The translations under genes and the position numbers were made by a program. A DNA stretch of 64,000 nt, taken from the NCBI RefSeq assembly GCF_018350175.1, contig NC_058368.1, positions 90,894,001-90,958,000 of the forward strand, given 5' to 3'. The DNA is from Felis catus. Lineage: Eukaryota. Positions 13,450 through 25,600 of this stretch are shown here, one piece after another. Position 1 is the stretch's first letter. Each line of letters begins with the position of its first letter. The notes below the pieces were generated by a model. It ran no database searches. It saw only the letters and a list, made by a program, of their open reading frames with translations, and was not told the DNA's origin.

Positions 13450-14590
13450 TAATTTTATGTGTTTAAAGTTTTTATTTAAAAATTAACTTGAGACCCAGAG
13501 CAAAGTGCAAAACCAGTACAGAGATAGTCCCTTCACCCAGCTTCCCCTGGTGTTCACCTCTAACCACAACAAGCATGGAAGCCAGGAGATTCATATGGAT
13601 ACGATGTTACTCTGTCACTCAGACTGCATCTGGATTCTACCCACGTTCCAACTCCCGTCCTTTTTCTGGCTCAGGATCCCACACAGGATTTCCACATGGG
13701 ATTTAGTTGTTGTGTCTCCTCAGTGTTCTTCAGGTAGTTCCTCAAGTTGTCTTTCCTGACCTGGCTACTACTACTTTTTTTTTTTTTAAGTTTATTTATT
13801 TTGAGAGAGACAGAGACAACACGAGTGGGGAAGGGCAGAGACAGAGGGAGAGAGAGAATCCCAAGCAGACTCTGTGCCGTCATTGCAGAGCCTGACGTGG
13901 GGCTCGATGACCTGAGCTGAAACCAAGAGTCAGATGCTTAACTGGCTGAGCCACCCAGGCGCCCCTGACCTGGCTCCTTCTGAAGAGAATGGGCCTCCAC
14001 ACAGGTTTGTCTGATGTTTCCTCAGGTCAGATTGAGTTTATGCATTTGGGGCAGGAATGTCACAGAACTTTTGTGTGCTTTGGGGTGTACAATCTCGGGA
14101 TATGTGATGTTGAACTGTCTTGCTGTTGGCAACAGTGACCCTCTTCACTTTGAGAACCCCTGCCCTTGTCTGCAGGGTTCTCCCCTGGAAACTTACTGTT
14201 TTTCCCTTTCTAATTCATAACTATTTCTTGGGAAGGTATTTTGAGATTATGCAAACGTGCTGTTTATCAGAACACTTTCTCACACTGATTTTTAGCATCA
14301 CTGGGTGGTTCTTACCTGTGGTGATCCTTACTGGGGTGTTTTGCGTGATGATTTTGTATCTCCGTCATTGCTTCCACCTTGATTGATTGAATCCCCATAA
14401 GGAAGAGCTGCTCCTCCTGCCCTCACTTGTTTCTCAATTATTTATTTATACCCGTATGAACTCGTGGATGTTTATTTTATTCTGTGGGTTATAATCCATT
14501 ACTATCATTATTTATTGTTTTGCTCAAATTATCACAGATTTGGCAAGTGAGATTGGATCCTCTGGCCTTTCGCCATGCTTGGGTGTGATT
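13450..14590 (-). mobile_element. Old L1 3'UTR (L1MC-like), split by a SINE
   Basis: aagtgcaaaaccagtacagaga...cttcacccagcttcccc and caggatcccacacagga...atttagttgttgtgtctcct, recalled L1MC 3' motifs. Confidence 0.65.
13775..13965 (-). mobile_element. Can-SINE with a small internal deletion
   Basis: TSD tgacctggct at 13757-13766 and 13966-13975; ggctcgatgacctgag lacks the usual intervening ~20 nt. Confidence 0.94.
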
Positions 14591-14599
14591 TAAAAAAAT

Positions 14600-15228
14600 T
14601 TTTTTTTTGTTTCATTGTGGCAAAATACGCTTAACGTAAAATTCACCATCTTAACCATTTTTACGCAGACAGTTCAGTGGTATTAAGGACATTCATGTTG
14701 TTGGGCAACCACCACTCCCATCCATCCCTGCAACTCTTCCCATCTTGGGAAACCGAAACTCTGTCCCCATTAAACAGGAACTCCCCCATCCATCCCCCCC
14801 CTCCCCGGCCTGTGGCAGCCCCCACTCCCTTTTCTGTGTCTGTGAATGTGACTAGTACTCTAGTATGGTAAGTGGAATCATACACTATCTGTGACTGGCG
14901 TATTTCACTCAGCATAATGCCGTCAAGGTTCATCTGTGTTGTAGCGTACTGCAGAATTTCCTTTAGTTTTCAGGGCAAATTGTATTCCACCACACGTATA
15001 TACTACATTCTGCTTGTTTATTCCTCCGTCGGTAGACACTTGGGTTGCTTCCACATCTCTGCTGTTGTGGATAATGCTGCTGCGAACGTGGGTGTCCAAA
15101 CATCCCCTTGACGCCCCGCTTTCACTTCTTTTGGGCAAATACCTGGAAGTGGAATGTCTGGGCCATCTGGCGATTGTATTTTTAACTTTTCAAGGAGCTG
15201 CCATACTGTTTTCCTCAGGGCTGCACCT
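14600..15228 (-). mobile_element. L1MB-type 3' end (GC-shifted)
   Basis: Collinear with the recalled L1MB 3' consensus (ttgtggcaaaatac...aaattcaccatcttaaccattttt...ccatactgttttcc). Minus ORFs 14661-14933 and 15018-15383 give L1 ORF2 C-terminal motifs (TVWQLLEKLKI, WKQPKC, MNLDGIMLSEIRQSQ). Confidence 0.9.
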
Positions 15229-17388
15229 GGGCTGGTGAGGCCAGCCGGCCCTGAGGGAGGGGTGCTGTTGTGGGTGGAGCCCTGAAGGAGGAGTGGCTGC
15301 AGTCTTCTCTTGGGGATGGCCGGGGGGGGAGGGGGGGGTGCGGGGAACCTGTGGTCTGAAGCCACCTGGTCTGGGGCTGCCACCAGCTCACCTGCCCAGC
15401 TTCCAGCGGAGGCTCTAAGAGCCTAAGTTCGTTACTGCTGGTGGTCCAACTGTGTTGCCACGCATGGATGCTGTGCAGTGTCAGGGGCATCTGTTGGGGG
15501 GGACGATTTGGAGTATGGGGGGTACTGGACATTTGCCCGATGTCACTTTTCTTACCCTGGGGGGACTCTGCCATTGTCTCCTAGTGTGAGGCCCTGGTGG
15601 CCTCGTCCCCCGTGGGGAGGAGGATCTCACGGGACACCCAATCCCACGTGTCATCCTCCCCTGAGTGCCCTGCAGTGTCCAGTGACAGTGGCCCCACTGA
15701 GCCTGCCTTTACTCCAGAGGTAGTGCTCTTGGTCACGGCTGGCCTTGCCACTCTGGCTCCCCATCTAGGCTCCTGCAACCCACAGAAAGGCCCAGGGCCA
15801 TGTGAGCTGCCGTCCTGGCTCTGGAATTCATAAACATCCCAAGGTTGCTGGTGCTGGAGCCCAGTACTTTACCCCGGATCAACACTTGACAAGTGAGGAC
15901 ACAGCATGGGGAGTGTCTGAAGGCCTGCAGAGCATCCTGGCCACGGCCCAGAGAACCTGGCCCTTCTAGCCCCGTCTCTTCCCATAAATAAACCAGACAA
16001 GATCCTTCGTCAGATGGCGTGGCCTGATTTTTGTTTTGGGAAATCTGGACTAGAAGGGGCAGCAGAGAGCCTTAGGCCCTGGGAGGGCTGCCGGCCCAGG
16101 AGCGGCAGCTGGACAGGCGGGCAGAGGACGGTCGGGGGTCAGCCTGCCCTGGATACCATGGCAGGACCTAGAGATCTGAGCAGGGAAAGAAGCCGGATTG
16201 GAAGGAAACCAGAGTTGGGCAGGGTGCCAGGCTCTCTGTGCATGCGAGGACTGAGATGTCCGGAAAGGGGCTGGTGGCTTAGGGACCCAGGGAAGGGATA
16301 ACCCGTGGTGCAAAGTGAAAGCCAGGCTCTTTTGCCTGGGAAACTTCCAGATCTGGGCACCCAGCACATGTGAGCACAGAGGACAGGCCCCCTCAATTCC
16401 CAGACTTGCCCTCTCAATACTTTCTTCTACCTCTGGGAGAAACTGAGGCTTATAGGGAGAGGAAGACTGAGCCAGCATTGCACAGTGAAGCCTGCATTTT
16501 TTCCCCATCAGGGTTTTTGTATCTGCTCCACCTCTGAGGGGCACATCTGCTGGCCAGTGCATCTTCCCTAGCATCCCTGCTTCCTGCTGTGGCCTTGACC
16601 GCACCCCTGCCCCCATCCTGACCAGACCTGTGTTAAGGGGATTCCAGATTGAGGCTGCAGACTTCCTGTGGGGACTAGCTGCCCCACAGGTAGCAGGGTA
16701 GCAGCCCTGCCCACCAAATCAGTCTTTGTCCACCAGCTGGGTCACTGGACCCTTGGTGAGCCCCCCCGGAGGAGCAGGACACTGCCTCCTGGACCCCCGG
16801 GACTTGGGGTTTCCTCCCTGGAAAGTGTATTGCATCCTTGATCATGCTGCTCCTCTGGAATTACAACTTCCAGCAACTCTGTAGGCTCAGCCTTGGGATT
16901 CCCAGGAAATTCTGAGGCACTATGGCCATGTGAAAAGCCCCATGGTAGGAGTCTTAGCTAACCCCTGGGGGTAGAACCAACTTCTCTGCAGGAATGAAGT
17001 AGAGATGCCAGACTGGAGCTGTCCCTGGCGGGGCTCTGGAGTGGGGCTCCTGCTGGTTCCCAGAGAATGGGGTTGGAAAGCATTCCCATTTCCCTGGGCT
17101 CGCACTCACTGCTCAGTGTCAGAGGGGCTGGAATGTCCACTATAGGAGGGAGAGCATCAGGAGCCCCATGCGGCCAGCCTTGGGCAGGCTTTGATTTTGC
17201 TGGAGTCTTATCTTTCTCCTTGCCTGATTCAGGGGTGGCCTGCCCAGGTGGTCCCCTTCCTTCCTGCTGTCTGGAGTGCTTCCTGAAGCAGCAACCCCAC
17301 CCAGCTCTGTCATTTCAGGACCTAGGAACCCCCCAGCACTCCTGCCAGCAGCCAGCACTGTGTCCAGGTGGTGTTGGAGCACAGACGC

Positions 17389-17783
17389 TGTTCTGGGCTG
17401 CATTGTGCCCCCAACCCCTATTCATATATCAGAATCCCAGCCGTGAGTACCTCAGAACATGACTGTATTTGGAGATGGTTTTTTTTTCCCAGAGATTAAT
17501 TGAGTTCAAATAAGGTCATATTGGGTTCAGCATGACTGGCATCCTTATAAGGGGGGGGGGGCAGAACTTGGACACAGAGACACACAAAGGAGTGACCATG
17601 TGAGGACACAAGGAAAAGGGAGCTTATCCACAAACCAAGGAGAGGACGCCTTGGGAGAAACCAGCCCTGTAGACACCTTGATCTTGGTCTTCCAGCCTCT
17701 GGGACTGTGAGAAAGTAAATTCTGTTGTTGAAGTGGCCCAGACTATTTGTACTTTGTTGTGGCAGCCTGAACAGACTAAGGCT
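17389..17783 (+). mobile_element. MaLR solo LTR (MLT1B-like)
   Basis: tgttctgggctgcattgtgccccc...agtacctcagaacatgactgtatttggagat...cttccagcctctgggactgtgagaaagtaaattctgttgtt...ggcagcc. Confidence 0.88.
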
Positions 17784-19194
17784 GGGGTCCTGGAGGTGGC
17801 ATTGACCCTGCTGTCTTGAGGGAAGGTGTGTTGGCAGCTTCTTCTTAGAGCATCGGCAGATGCAGAGTGAGCCAGTGAGAATGCCGAGGAATGGTCCTGG
17901 GGTCATCAGGCCCGTGGGTTCTGCAGTAGGACTTTGTGGGCTTTGCTCACCAAGATGAATCTAATGGGGGCCTGGAATGGCTGGGTGGCAGTGTCTGCAG
18001 GGTCTGGGGTTCTATGGGTGCACATGGCTGGCGACACCTTGGCCCAAGGCCTCTGCCACCAGTTAACATTGCTCATGGGGGTGTTAGCTCCCTTACAGTG
18101 ATCCTCAGCACCCCAAATAACACACATTTAGGAAAAAAGCATACACTGGTGCTGCTAGACAAGTGCCCCTGCCCCCCAGTACCATGACCAGTCCCTGAAG
18201 GTTCCTTCTGGACCAGGCTCAGAGTGGAGGAGCTCAGAAGTGCTGGTTCCCAGGCAAGTCAGAGGTCAGGAGGAAGCGTGAGTATGCACAGCCTTCAAGG
18301 AGGCAGGGGGGCCTGATGGGACAGTAGGGTAAAGGTGTTAGATTCTAGCTGGTGTGTGTATTGTGTGGACTGGGCTGTCCGGGGCAAATGGCAGCCAAGG
18401 GAAGGGGCTGGCGGCAGGACCTTGAGCAAGAAACTTGGGCCTTATTCTGTGAGCTCTCCTCCACCTCACATCTCGAGGCCATAGTCTGCCGGGGCCCGGC
18501 TGGTGAGATACGGGAGTTCAGAAAGAAAAATTCCACTTTTCGATATTTTGGCAAACGTTCCTACAGCAAGAGTCATTTTTCTTCTTTAGCAGAGAGTGCC
18601 CTGTTATTTATGTGAATGTTAATTTGTGACTGGGGACATTCCCCGACGCGGTCTTATTGAGTGAGACCTGGGAAATGTCAGCTGGAGCATCTGTCAGGGT
18701 TGGGTGTCAGTTCTTGTGATAAATGGGCAGGCCCGTCGTGGTCCCAGGGTCTGAGCCTGACCCACTGACCTCTCTGTTCCGGCCAGACTGGGAGGCCAGT
18801 TCCAGTTCCCGGAGGCCCTCTCTGGCGCTGGTGTGCTCAGGGGCCAAGTATGGGACAGTCTGGACTTTTACAGGCTTAATAGGCCACCTCCCATGGGAGT
18901 CACCCTGGTGCTGCCTCATTTAACAGGAAGACCCACAGGCCAGCCCCTGCCTATGCTGGCTCCCGGGAGGCTCTCTTGCCGGCATCTTGTTTATCCTATT
19001 TTATTCCCTTATCTTTCCCTCTGTGCCCCCCACCCCCTCCCTGCTTCTTTCTTCAAACACATCATTTTGGTATAAGCCCTTTGTAAACATCTCAAAAAGT
19101 ACAGAAAATACTAATAAAAAAGCAAAACCCACCTCAAACCTTCACACTGTTAACTCTTTGTCACACATATTTCCAGACCCTTCTCATTTCATGT

Positions 19195-19390
19195 TAATAA
19201 TCGTGATAACTGGCTAATGTGCTAGGCACTGTGCTGAGTGCTGTTATCTCATTTAACCCTCACCCCAAGTGTGTGCAAATACTGTTTTTCTCATTTTGTA
19301 GCAGCAGCACTGAAGCTCAGAGGCCACACAGTTCGCCAGTGCTGAGGTCAGCATTTGAATTGAAGCGGAGTGACTTGCAGGCCATGCCCT
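19195..19390 (-). mobile_element. MIR
   Basis: gtgctaggcactgtgctgagtgc...atctcatttaaccctcac...ctcattttgtag...actgaagctcagag. Confidence 0.7.
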
Positions 19391-20431
19391 GATTTGTTCG
19401 GCTGTGCAGACATTCAGCACACAGATATATGTGACTTTATAGAAAGGCATAGTACTGGTGCTGGGCCTGCCTTTCTTAGTCACCAATATGTTATGGATGT
19501 AGTTGTTCCTTAAGTGGTAAAAAATCCCATCTGTGAAACTATTTAGACCTAGCATAGATTTGTAAAATTTGTAACTTTTTTGCAAGGCAGGAGATTTTTG
19601 AAAGCAATCTGACCATTTACATTTATTGTTATAACAGATATGTTTGTTGTTGCTTCTGTCATCTTATTTGCATTTTCTGTTTTTATGTCCTTATGTTGTT
19701 TTTCTAGTCTTACATATTTTCTCTATGATCTATTCTCCTTCATCTCCAGTCATTTGGAGGGAATATATTAGTTTTATAGGTTGTGGCTTTAACAACTTCA
19801 AATAGGATTCTGAAACTAGTGTTTATCAACTTTAGCAGCTTATCAGTAATTGTTGATCCTTCTATGGAAGATTAAAAAAGTAACTGCAATTAAACTGCTT
19901 CTTTCATCCCTCCCATAACCCCTCTTTCATATTTTTCAACTTGTTTTGCAATTTTTGCCACAACTTATTAAAGTGGAGTTAGGAATTTTTACATTGCATA
20001 ACTTTCCTTTCCAGAATGTATGGTAAACAACATCTGGTTTGTAATAATTATTACAGTGGAATGGATGCAGAGGCCAGATCAGGTACTTTCAACCTGTGAT
20101 TTTCCCATTTGTGGAAACTTGATTTTGAAATCAAGCCCCAAGTTGCATAGAGCAGCAGGCAAGAAAAGGTGGGGAGGGATGTAAAATGGAGCTGAGGCAG
20201 ATGCTGTGGAGAGGATCCTGTCCAGCATCAGAGGTGGGCACAGTGCTTCTATGTCTCCTGCTCTGAGGCTCTGACTTGCTGGAGGTCACACACCTAGTTA
20301 GTTTGCAGACTTAGGGCTCCCATCCCAAACTCGTGGTGTCTAAAGCAGTGTTCTCTCTAGGCCTGTGTTCCCTAAGTGTTAAGCAAAAGAGATGGATGAT
20401 ATGGGACCAAACATGACATTGAAAAACACTG

Positions 20432-21246
20432 GATCCTATCAAAATCCCAGCTGACTTCGTGGTAGAAATTGACAAGGTGATCCTAAAGTTCATATGGAAA
20501 TACACGAGACCCAAAATAGTCAAAACAGTATTGAAAAAGAAGGACAGAGTTAGAGAACTCACACTTTACAATTTCAAAACTTACTAAAAAACGATGGCAA
20601 TCAAGACTGTGTGGTACTGGCAGAGGGACAGATGTACAGACCAACGAGGCAGAACCAAGGATTCAGAAATAAATCCTCACATTTATTTTTGACAAGAGGG
20701 CCAAGACAGTTCAATGGAAGAAAAATCAGTCTCTTCGGCCGGTGGCTCTGGGACAATTGGACACCCACATGCAAAAGAATGAATTTGGACCCCTGCCTCA
20801 TACTCTTAGAAAATGGATCTTAGATATAAAGATAAGAGGTAACACTGGAAATCTGTTAACAAATCGAAGAGTAGGACTTCATTATTTTGGGTTAGCCAGA
20901 GCCGTAGATATGACACCAGAAGCACAAACAACAAAAGAAAAATAAGTAAGTTGGACTTTATGAATGTCCTTTCAACTTCAAAGAACTCTGTCCAGAAAGT
21001 GAAAAGACAACTTATAGAATGAGAGGTAAAGTTTTCAGATCATAGATCCAATGGGGACTTGTATGTAGAATATGTTGAAGAACTCTTATTAGTCAAGGAG
21101 ATAAATGAAAATAATCCAGTTGCAAAATGAGCAATGGGGGTCTGAACATTTTTCCAAAGAAGAGAAATGGCCAATAAGCACATGAAAAGATTCGTAAAGT
21201 CTTTGGTCATCAGGGAAATTTAAATCGGAACCACAGTGGAATGCCA

Positions 21247-21299
<53 letters not shown>

Positions 21300-22007
21300 T
21301 ACACACACTTGGATGGCTAGAAGAAACATAGGTAATGACAAGTGTTGGCAAGGAGGTGGGGAAGTCCGAATTCCTCACACCCTGCTGGAGGGAATGTAAA
21401 ATGGTGCACCTGCTTTGTGAAACAGTCTGGCATAGGGTTACCATATGACTTAGCAATTCCACCTCTAGGTAGATCCCCAAGAGAAATGAAAACCCATGTC
21501 TGCACAACAGACATATGCATGAATGTTCAAAGGAGCATTCACAAAGCCAAAAAGTTGAAACAATGCACATGTCTACCAACCAGTGAATGGATACATAAAA
21601 TGTGACGCATCTTTAGGATGGGCTATTAGCTGATAGTAAGAAAGGAATTTAAGTATTGACGCATTTTACAGCGTGGGAATCTTGAAAACATTATGTTAGG
21701 TGAATGAAGTCAGGCACAAAAGATCACACAGTGTATTCTGTTTATAGAAAATGTCCAGAACAAGCAAATCCCTAGAGACAGAAAATAGATTGGTGGTTTC
21801 CAGGGGCTGGCATGTGCATATGTGGGGGAGATGCTGGGGGAATATGGGAGTGACTGCTAATGTATACAGGTTTTTTTTTTTTTGGGAGGGGGGTGATAAA
21901 AATGTTCCAAAATTGATTGTGGTGATGGTTGGATTATACACCCCGTAAGTGGGTGAATTGCAGGATATGTGAATTATAGTCCAGTAAAGCTGTTCCATAT
22001 TAAAAAA
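20432..22007 (+). mobile_element. 5'-truncated L1MB-type element (ORF2 3' end plus 3'UTR)
   Basis: ORF2 remnants (SLFGRWLWDNWTPTCKRMNLDP, DMTPEAQTTKEK, LPYDLAIPPLG); 3'UTR ends aaagctgtt...aaaaaa. Confidence 0.92.
21252..21308. repeat. (CT)n(CA)n compound microsatellite inside L1
   Basis: Directly visible. Confidence 0.95.
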
Positions 22008-23797
22008 GCATGAGTCTCATAGAGAGAAAGTTATTCCTCTCTCAATTCTATTTTAAACTTTCAGATGGAGTCAAAGAGAGTCTCAGTTTGATGCTAACAG
22101 GTCTTCTTCAATGCCCCTTCAGGGTTTTTTTTTTCTTTCTTTTTGGTAATAGAGATCAAGACTCAAGCTAAGAGTCTTACTGTATAGGATCATCCAGCTA
22201 GAATTTAACAAAACTGGGTAAGGCCCAAATCATAATAGCAGTGAAAAGAATGTGGGAGTTTGGTGTCCCTGCACTGGATCTCCTGGGGGCCGGTGGTGAG
22301 GGGCTGGTCTGTGTTCCCAAGCCCGCTCCTGGCCCACAGGGAGAGCTGATCTAGTAGTTTGACGTCCTTGAACCTTAGAGTCCCCTGGATATGGAGTGTT
22401 CTGCCTTATATAATCTTAGGAGAGTTTGAAATGGCATCATATTTAAAGACCTCTGTAGAACTTGCTGTGAGTGCTGTCGGGACTCAAGCCCAGGGGTCAC
22501 TCAGGTACCACAAAGCCCCTTAGGAATGAAGGGGAGAGACTTGCCACACTGAAGCACAAAGGGGGAGCCCAGGCACAGAGCAGGGCACTTGGGGGTCTGT
22601 CCAGGCTGGGAGAGTGAGCTGCTATGGCCTTTCTTTTACAGGGAGAGACAATGCTTCAGGGGAGGTGTGGGGTTCCTGCTTTCAGTTGTTTTGGCCCTTT
22701 CAGGTCCCATGGAATTATGGAAAGAGGACCAGTGCCTAATTCCCAGGTCCCCTCGCCCAGCTCCTCACTTCACAGATGAGGCAGCTACGGGCTGCAGAGG
22801 GAACAGCGCTGGCCTCAGACCAGGATTCCAAGCTGGGTCTCCTGGCTCTGTATCCAGGGCTTGCTCCCCTTGTCAGTCCCTCCCTCTACTCTGCCCTTCG
22901 AAGTGAGGTCCTGCTTTCCTTAGCACTCACTTGGCACACGTGTCTGTTGGGGCCGCATGGTTTTGTGCATTGGAAAACCTTGGGCAGCTGAGGGCAAAAG
23001 AAGGATTTTCTGGAGCAAAGGATCTCAAGGCCCCAAGACAGGGCAGGGCCTGCCGGGTGAACTTACTGAGGCTGTGTGGTGCACAGGCTGGGGACTGTGG
23101 TCCTCTGTGACCTGTCTGTGTCACTTGGCTGGGGAGGACACCACAAGGCTGGCTCTGGCAACAGCCTCCCCTTTCACCTGGCCTGCACACTGCGGGGAGG
23201 GATGGCTCCTCAAGAGGAAAGAAGGCCACATGGATCCACCAAATGAGGCAGAGAGCAGGGGAGGCAAGGACTTGGCCTCAAGGGTGTCCACAGACTTCTC
23301 CAGAAAGGCATGTTCTGGAAGGCACAGAGCAATAGTGGATGGAGATGTAGGGGAGAGGACACATGTTTCCATGGGATTGCTTTCATGTGCTGGCGGCCAG
23401 TGCCTCCCACAGATGGCTGGGGCTCCTTTTGGGAAAGTGGGAAAATGACCCTGTAAAACATGCTCTGTGGTGCTGAACTGAGAAGGAGCCCCTGCTGGTT
23501 GGGACTCCCATGGGACAATAGTCCTTATGCTTGTGATGTGTGGCATTTAGGGTCCAGCACTCCCCACACACCCATAAAGCTTCCAGGGCCGTGCTCTTAT
23601 TTTCCCCAGGTGGCTGGGAGGAAAAAGAACATCCTCTAGATGACTTGGAAGTGGCAGGTCCTTTTTTGGCAGTGCACTAGACCATCATTACCAAAAGGGA
23701 GGAGAGAAGAATGGATATGGTTCTGTCAGAGCTAAAATAGCTCCAGGAATGGAAATCTTACCAGATGCCAGTGTTCTGGGGGATTCCTGTGGCAAGT

Positions 23798-23802
<5 letters not shown>

Positions 23803-23837
<35 letters not shown>
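23803..23837. repeat. (TG)n microsatellite
   Basis: Directly visible. Confidence 0.96.
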
Positions 23838-23839
<2 letters not shown>

Positions 23840-24200
23840 CAGAACAAAGTCAAGTTTTGGGTGACAGCAGGCTGATGCAGGCGTGTGCTGCCTTGTCCCC
23901 TGTCAGAGTCTAGATCCTTCTGTTTTTGGACCAGCATATTCCTTTCTTTCTATTCTTGATTGTCACCATTGCAACCCTGACAAGCACCTGACAGCCTTGG
24001 TACTGGAGGTTGCAAGAATGACAAGATTGAGTGACAGCCTCGGTCCCCCATCACACACGCGTGGGAGCCTGCTGCTTGCTACAGCCTGCGGCTCCCACTG
24101 AAGAAGCCAGTGAAGACAGGGGGCTGGGTGCCTTGCTTTCCAGGGAGACCCCAGCTCTGAGAGTGTCAGTGTTTTAAACACTTTAAAATTCAGAGTAACA

Positions 24201-24410
24201 GGAACACCTGGGTGGCTCAGTCGGTTGGGCATCTGACTTTGGCTCAGGTCACAATCTCATGGTTTGTGAGTTCGAGCCCCACATCAGACTCTGCTGCCAC
24301 CACAGAGCTCACTTTGGATCCTCTGTTCCTTTCTTTCTCACTGTCCTTCCCCTGCTCCCTCTCTCTCTCTCTCTCAAAAAAAAAAAAAGCATTAAAAAAT
24401 TAAAAAAATT
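24201..24410 (+). mobile_element. Can-SINE (outer element of a nested pair)
   Basis: Head at 24201; its TSD aaaattcagagtaaca (24185-24200) recurs only after the second SINE (24644-24659). Confidence 0.92.
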
Positions 24411-24416
24411 AAATTA

Positions 24417-24640
24417 GGGGCACCTGGGTGGCACAGTCAGTTAAGTGTCTGACTCTTTGTCTCGGCTCAGGTCGTGATCTCACAGTTCGTGAGTTCAAGC
24501 TGTGCATCAGGCTTTGCGCTAATGGCATGGAGCCCGCTTGGAATTCTGTCTCTCCTTCTCTCTGCCCTGTTCCCACTTTTGTGTGCTCGTGCTCTCTCTC
24601 TCAAGATGAATAAGTAAACTTAAAAAAAAATTTTAAAAAC
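24417..24640 (+). mobile_element. Can-SINE inserted in the A-tail of the preceding SINE
   Basis: ggggcacctgggtggcacagtcagttaag head, (CT)n, A-tail. Confidence 0.92.
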
Positions 24641-24799
24641 CACAAAATTCAAAGTAACAGAGGATATCTGTTAAGTCTTTGGATTCTTATAATTTTTTTT
24701 TAACGCCTAATGTCTATTTCTAGTGACTACTTCATCATAAACCAAACAGCAAAGGAACAGCCATAGAAGAAGGAAGGGGTAGGGCAGGCATCTTATAAT

Positions 24800-25600
24800 T
24801 CACCAAGTTCTGAGGACCAGCCAGTGGATTTGATGACTGAAGCGCTACCAGGTTCCAGGCCGCTGCAGTAGAGCCCTCCCTGTGATCCTCCCTCCTGGCT
24901 AGGTTGTGCAGACGGTCACGGAGTTCAAGAACAGAGTGGGTTTGGGGCAACAGCCAGTGTCGGGGGGCCAGCCCTGCGAAGGGACACCAAGCTGGACAGA
25001 CACAAGTGGGATCTTGATGGAGTGCCCTTCAGGGACTTCTTTAATATTTATTAAGTGGGGAGAGGAAACAGATTCTTATTAATGAAAATTACATGTAGAA
25101 ACAGATACACGTGCCCCTGGCAGCAGGAAAATCAAAGTCCTGGGGGGAAAAAAGCTCAGCAAAACGTAGCCCACGTTCTGTACCTTGTTCTCTTGTCAAT
25201 TTTCTTTTGCAGGTTTCTAGACAGATCATTCCTGGGATGCATACTAAGATGCTTGAAATTCAGGCAATAAAAGAAACCCCTCTTTCTTTCTGAAGAGGCC
25301 CCACCAAGCGTGTCCCAGCCAGTGGTGGGGAGGAGTGACCAAATGTTGGTCTCGGGTGGCCATCCACTGGTCCTGGGGTGGCAGTGCTGGTCTTGAGGTG
25401 GGCAGTCTGCAGTCTCAGGGTGACCAGATGCTGGTCTGGGGGTGGTCATCCATTGGTCTCACATGGTCAGCCTCTGGATTCTGTGGGGTCATGTGCTGAT
25501 CTTGGGGCAGGTGTCTGCCTACTCCATTTGTGAGCACTGTCAGTTAGAAGTCTCTGGTTTCACCAGGAAACCTGAGTAACCTGGCATGATGCTTCAGGTT
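24800..25600 (-). mobile_element. Possible ancient ERV-type LTR (antisense) containing a degenerate internal tandem repeat
   Basis: ggacagacacaagtggg...tttattaa resembles an antisense LTR polyA region; family not confidently recognised. Confidence 0.3.
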
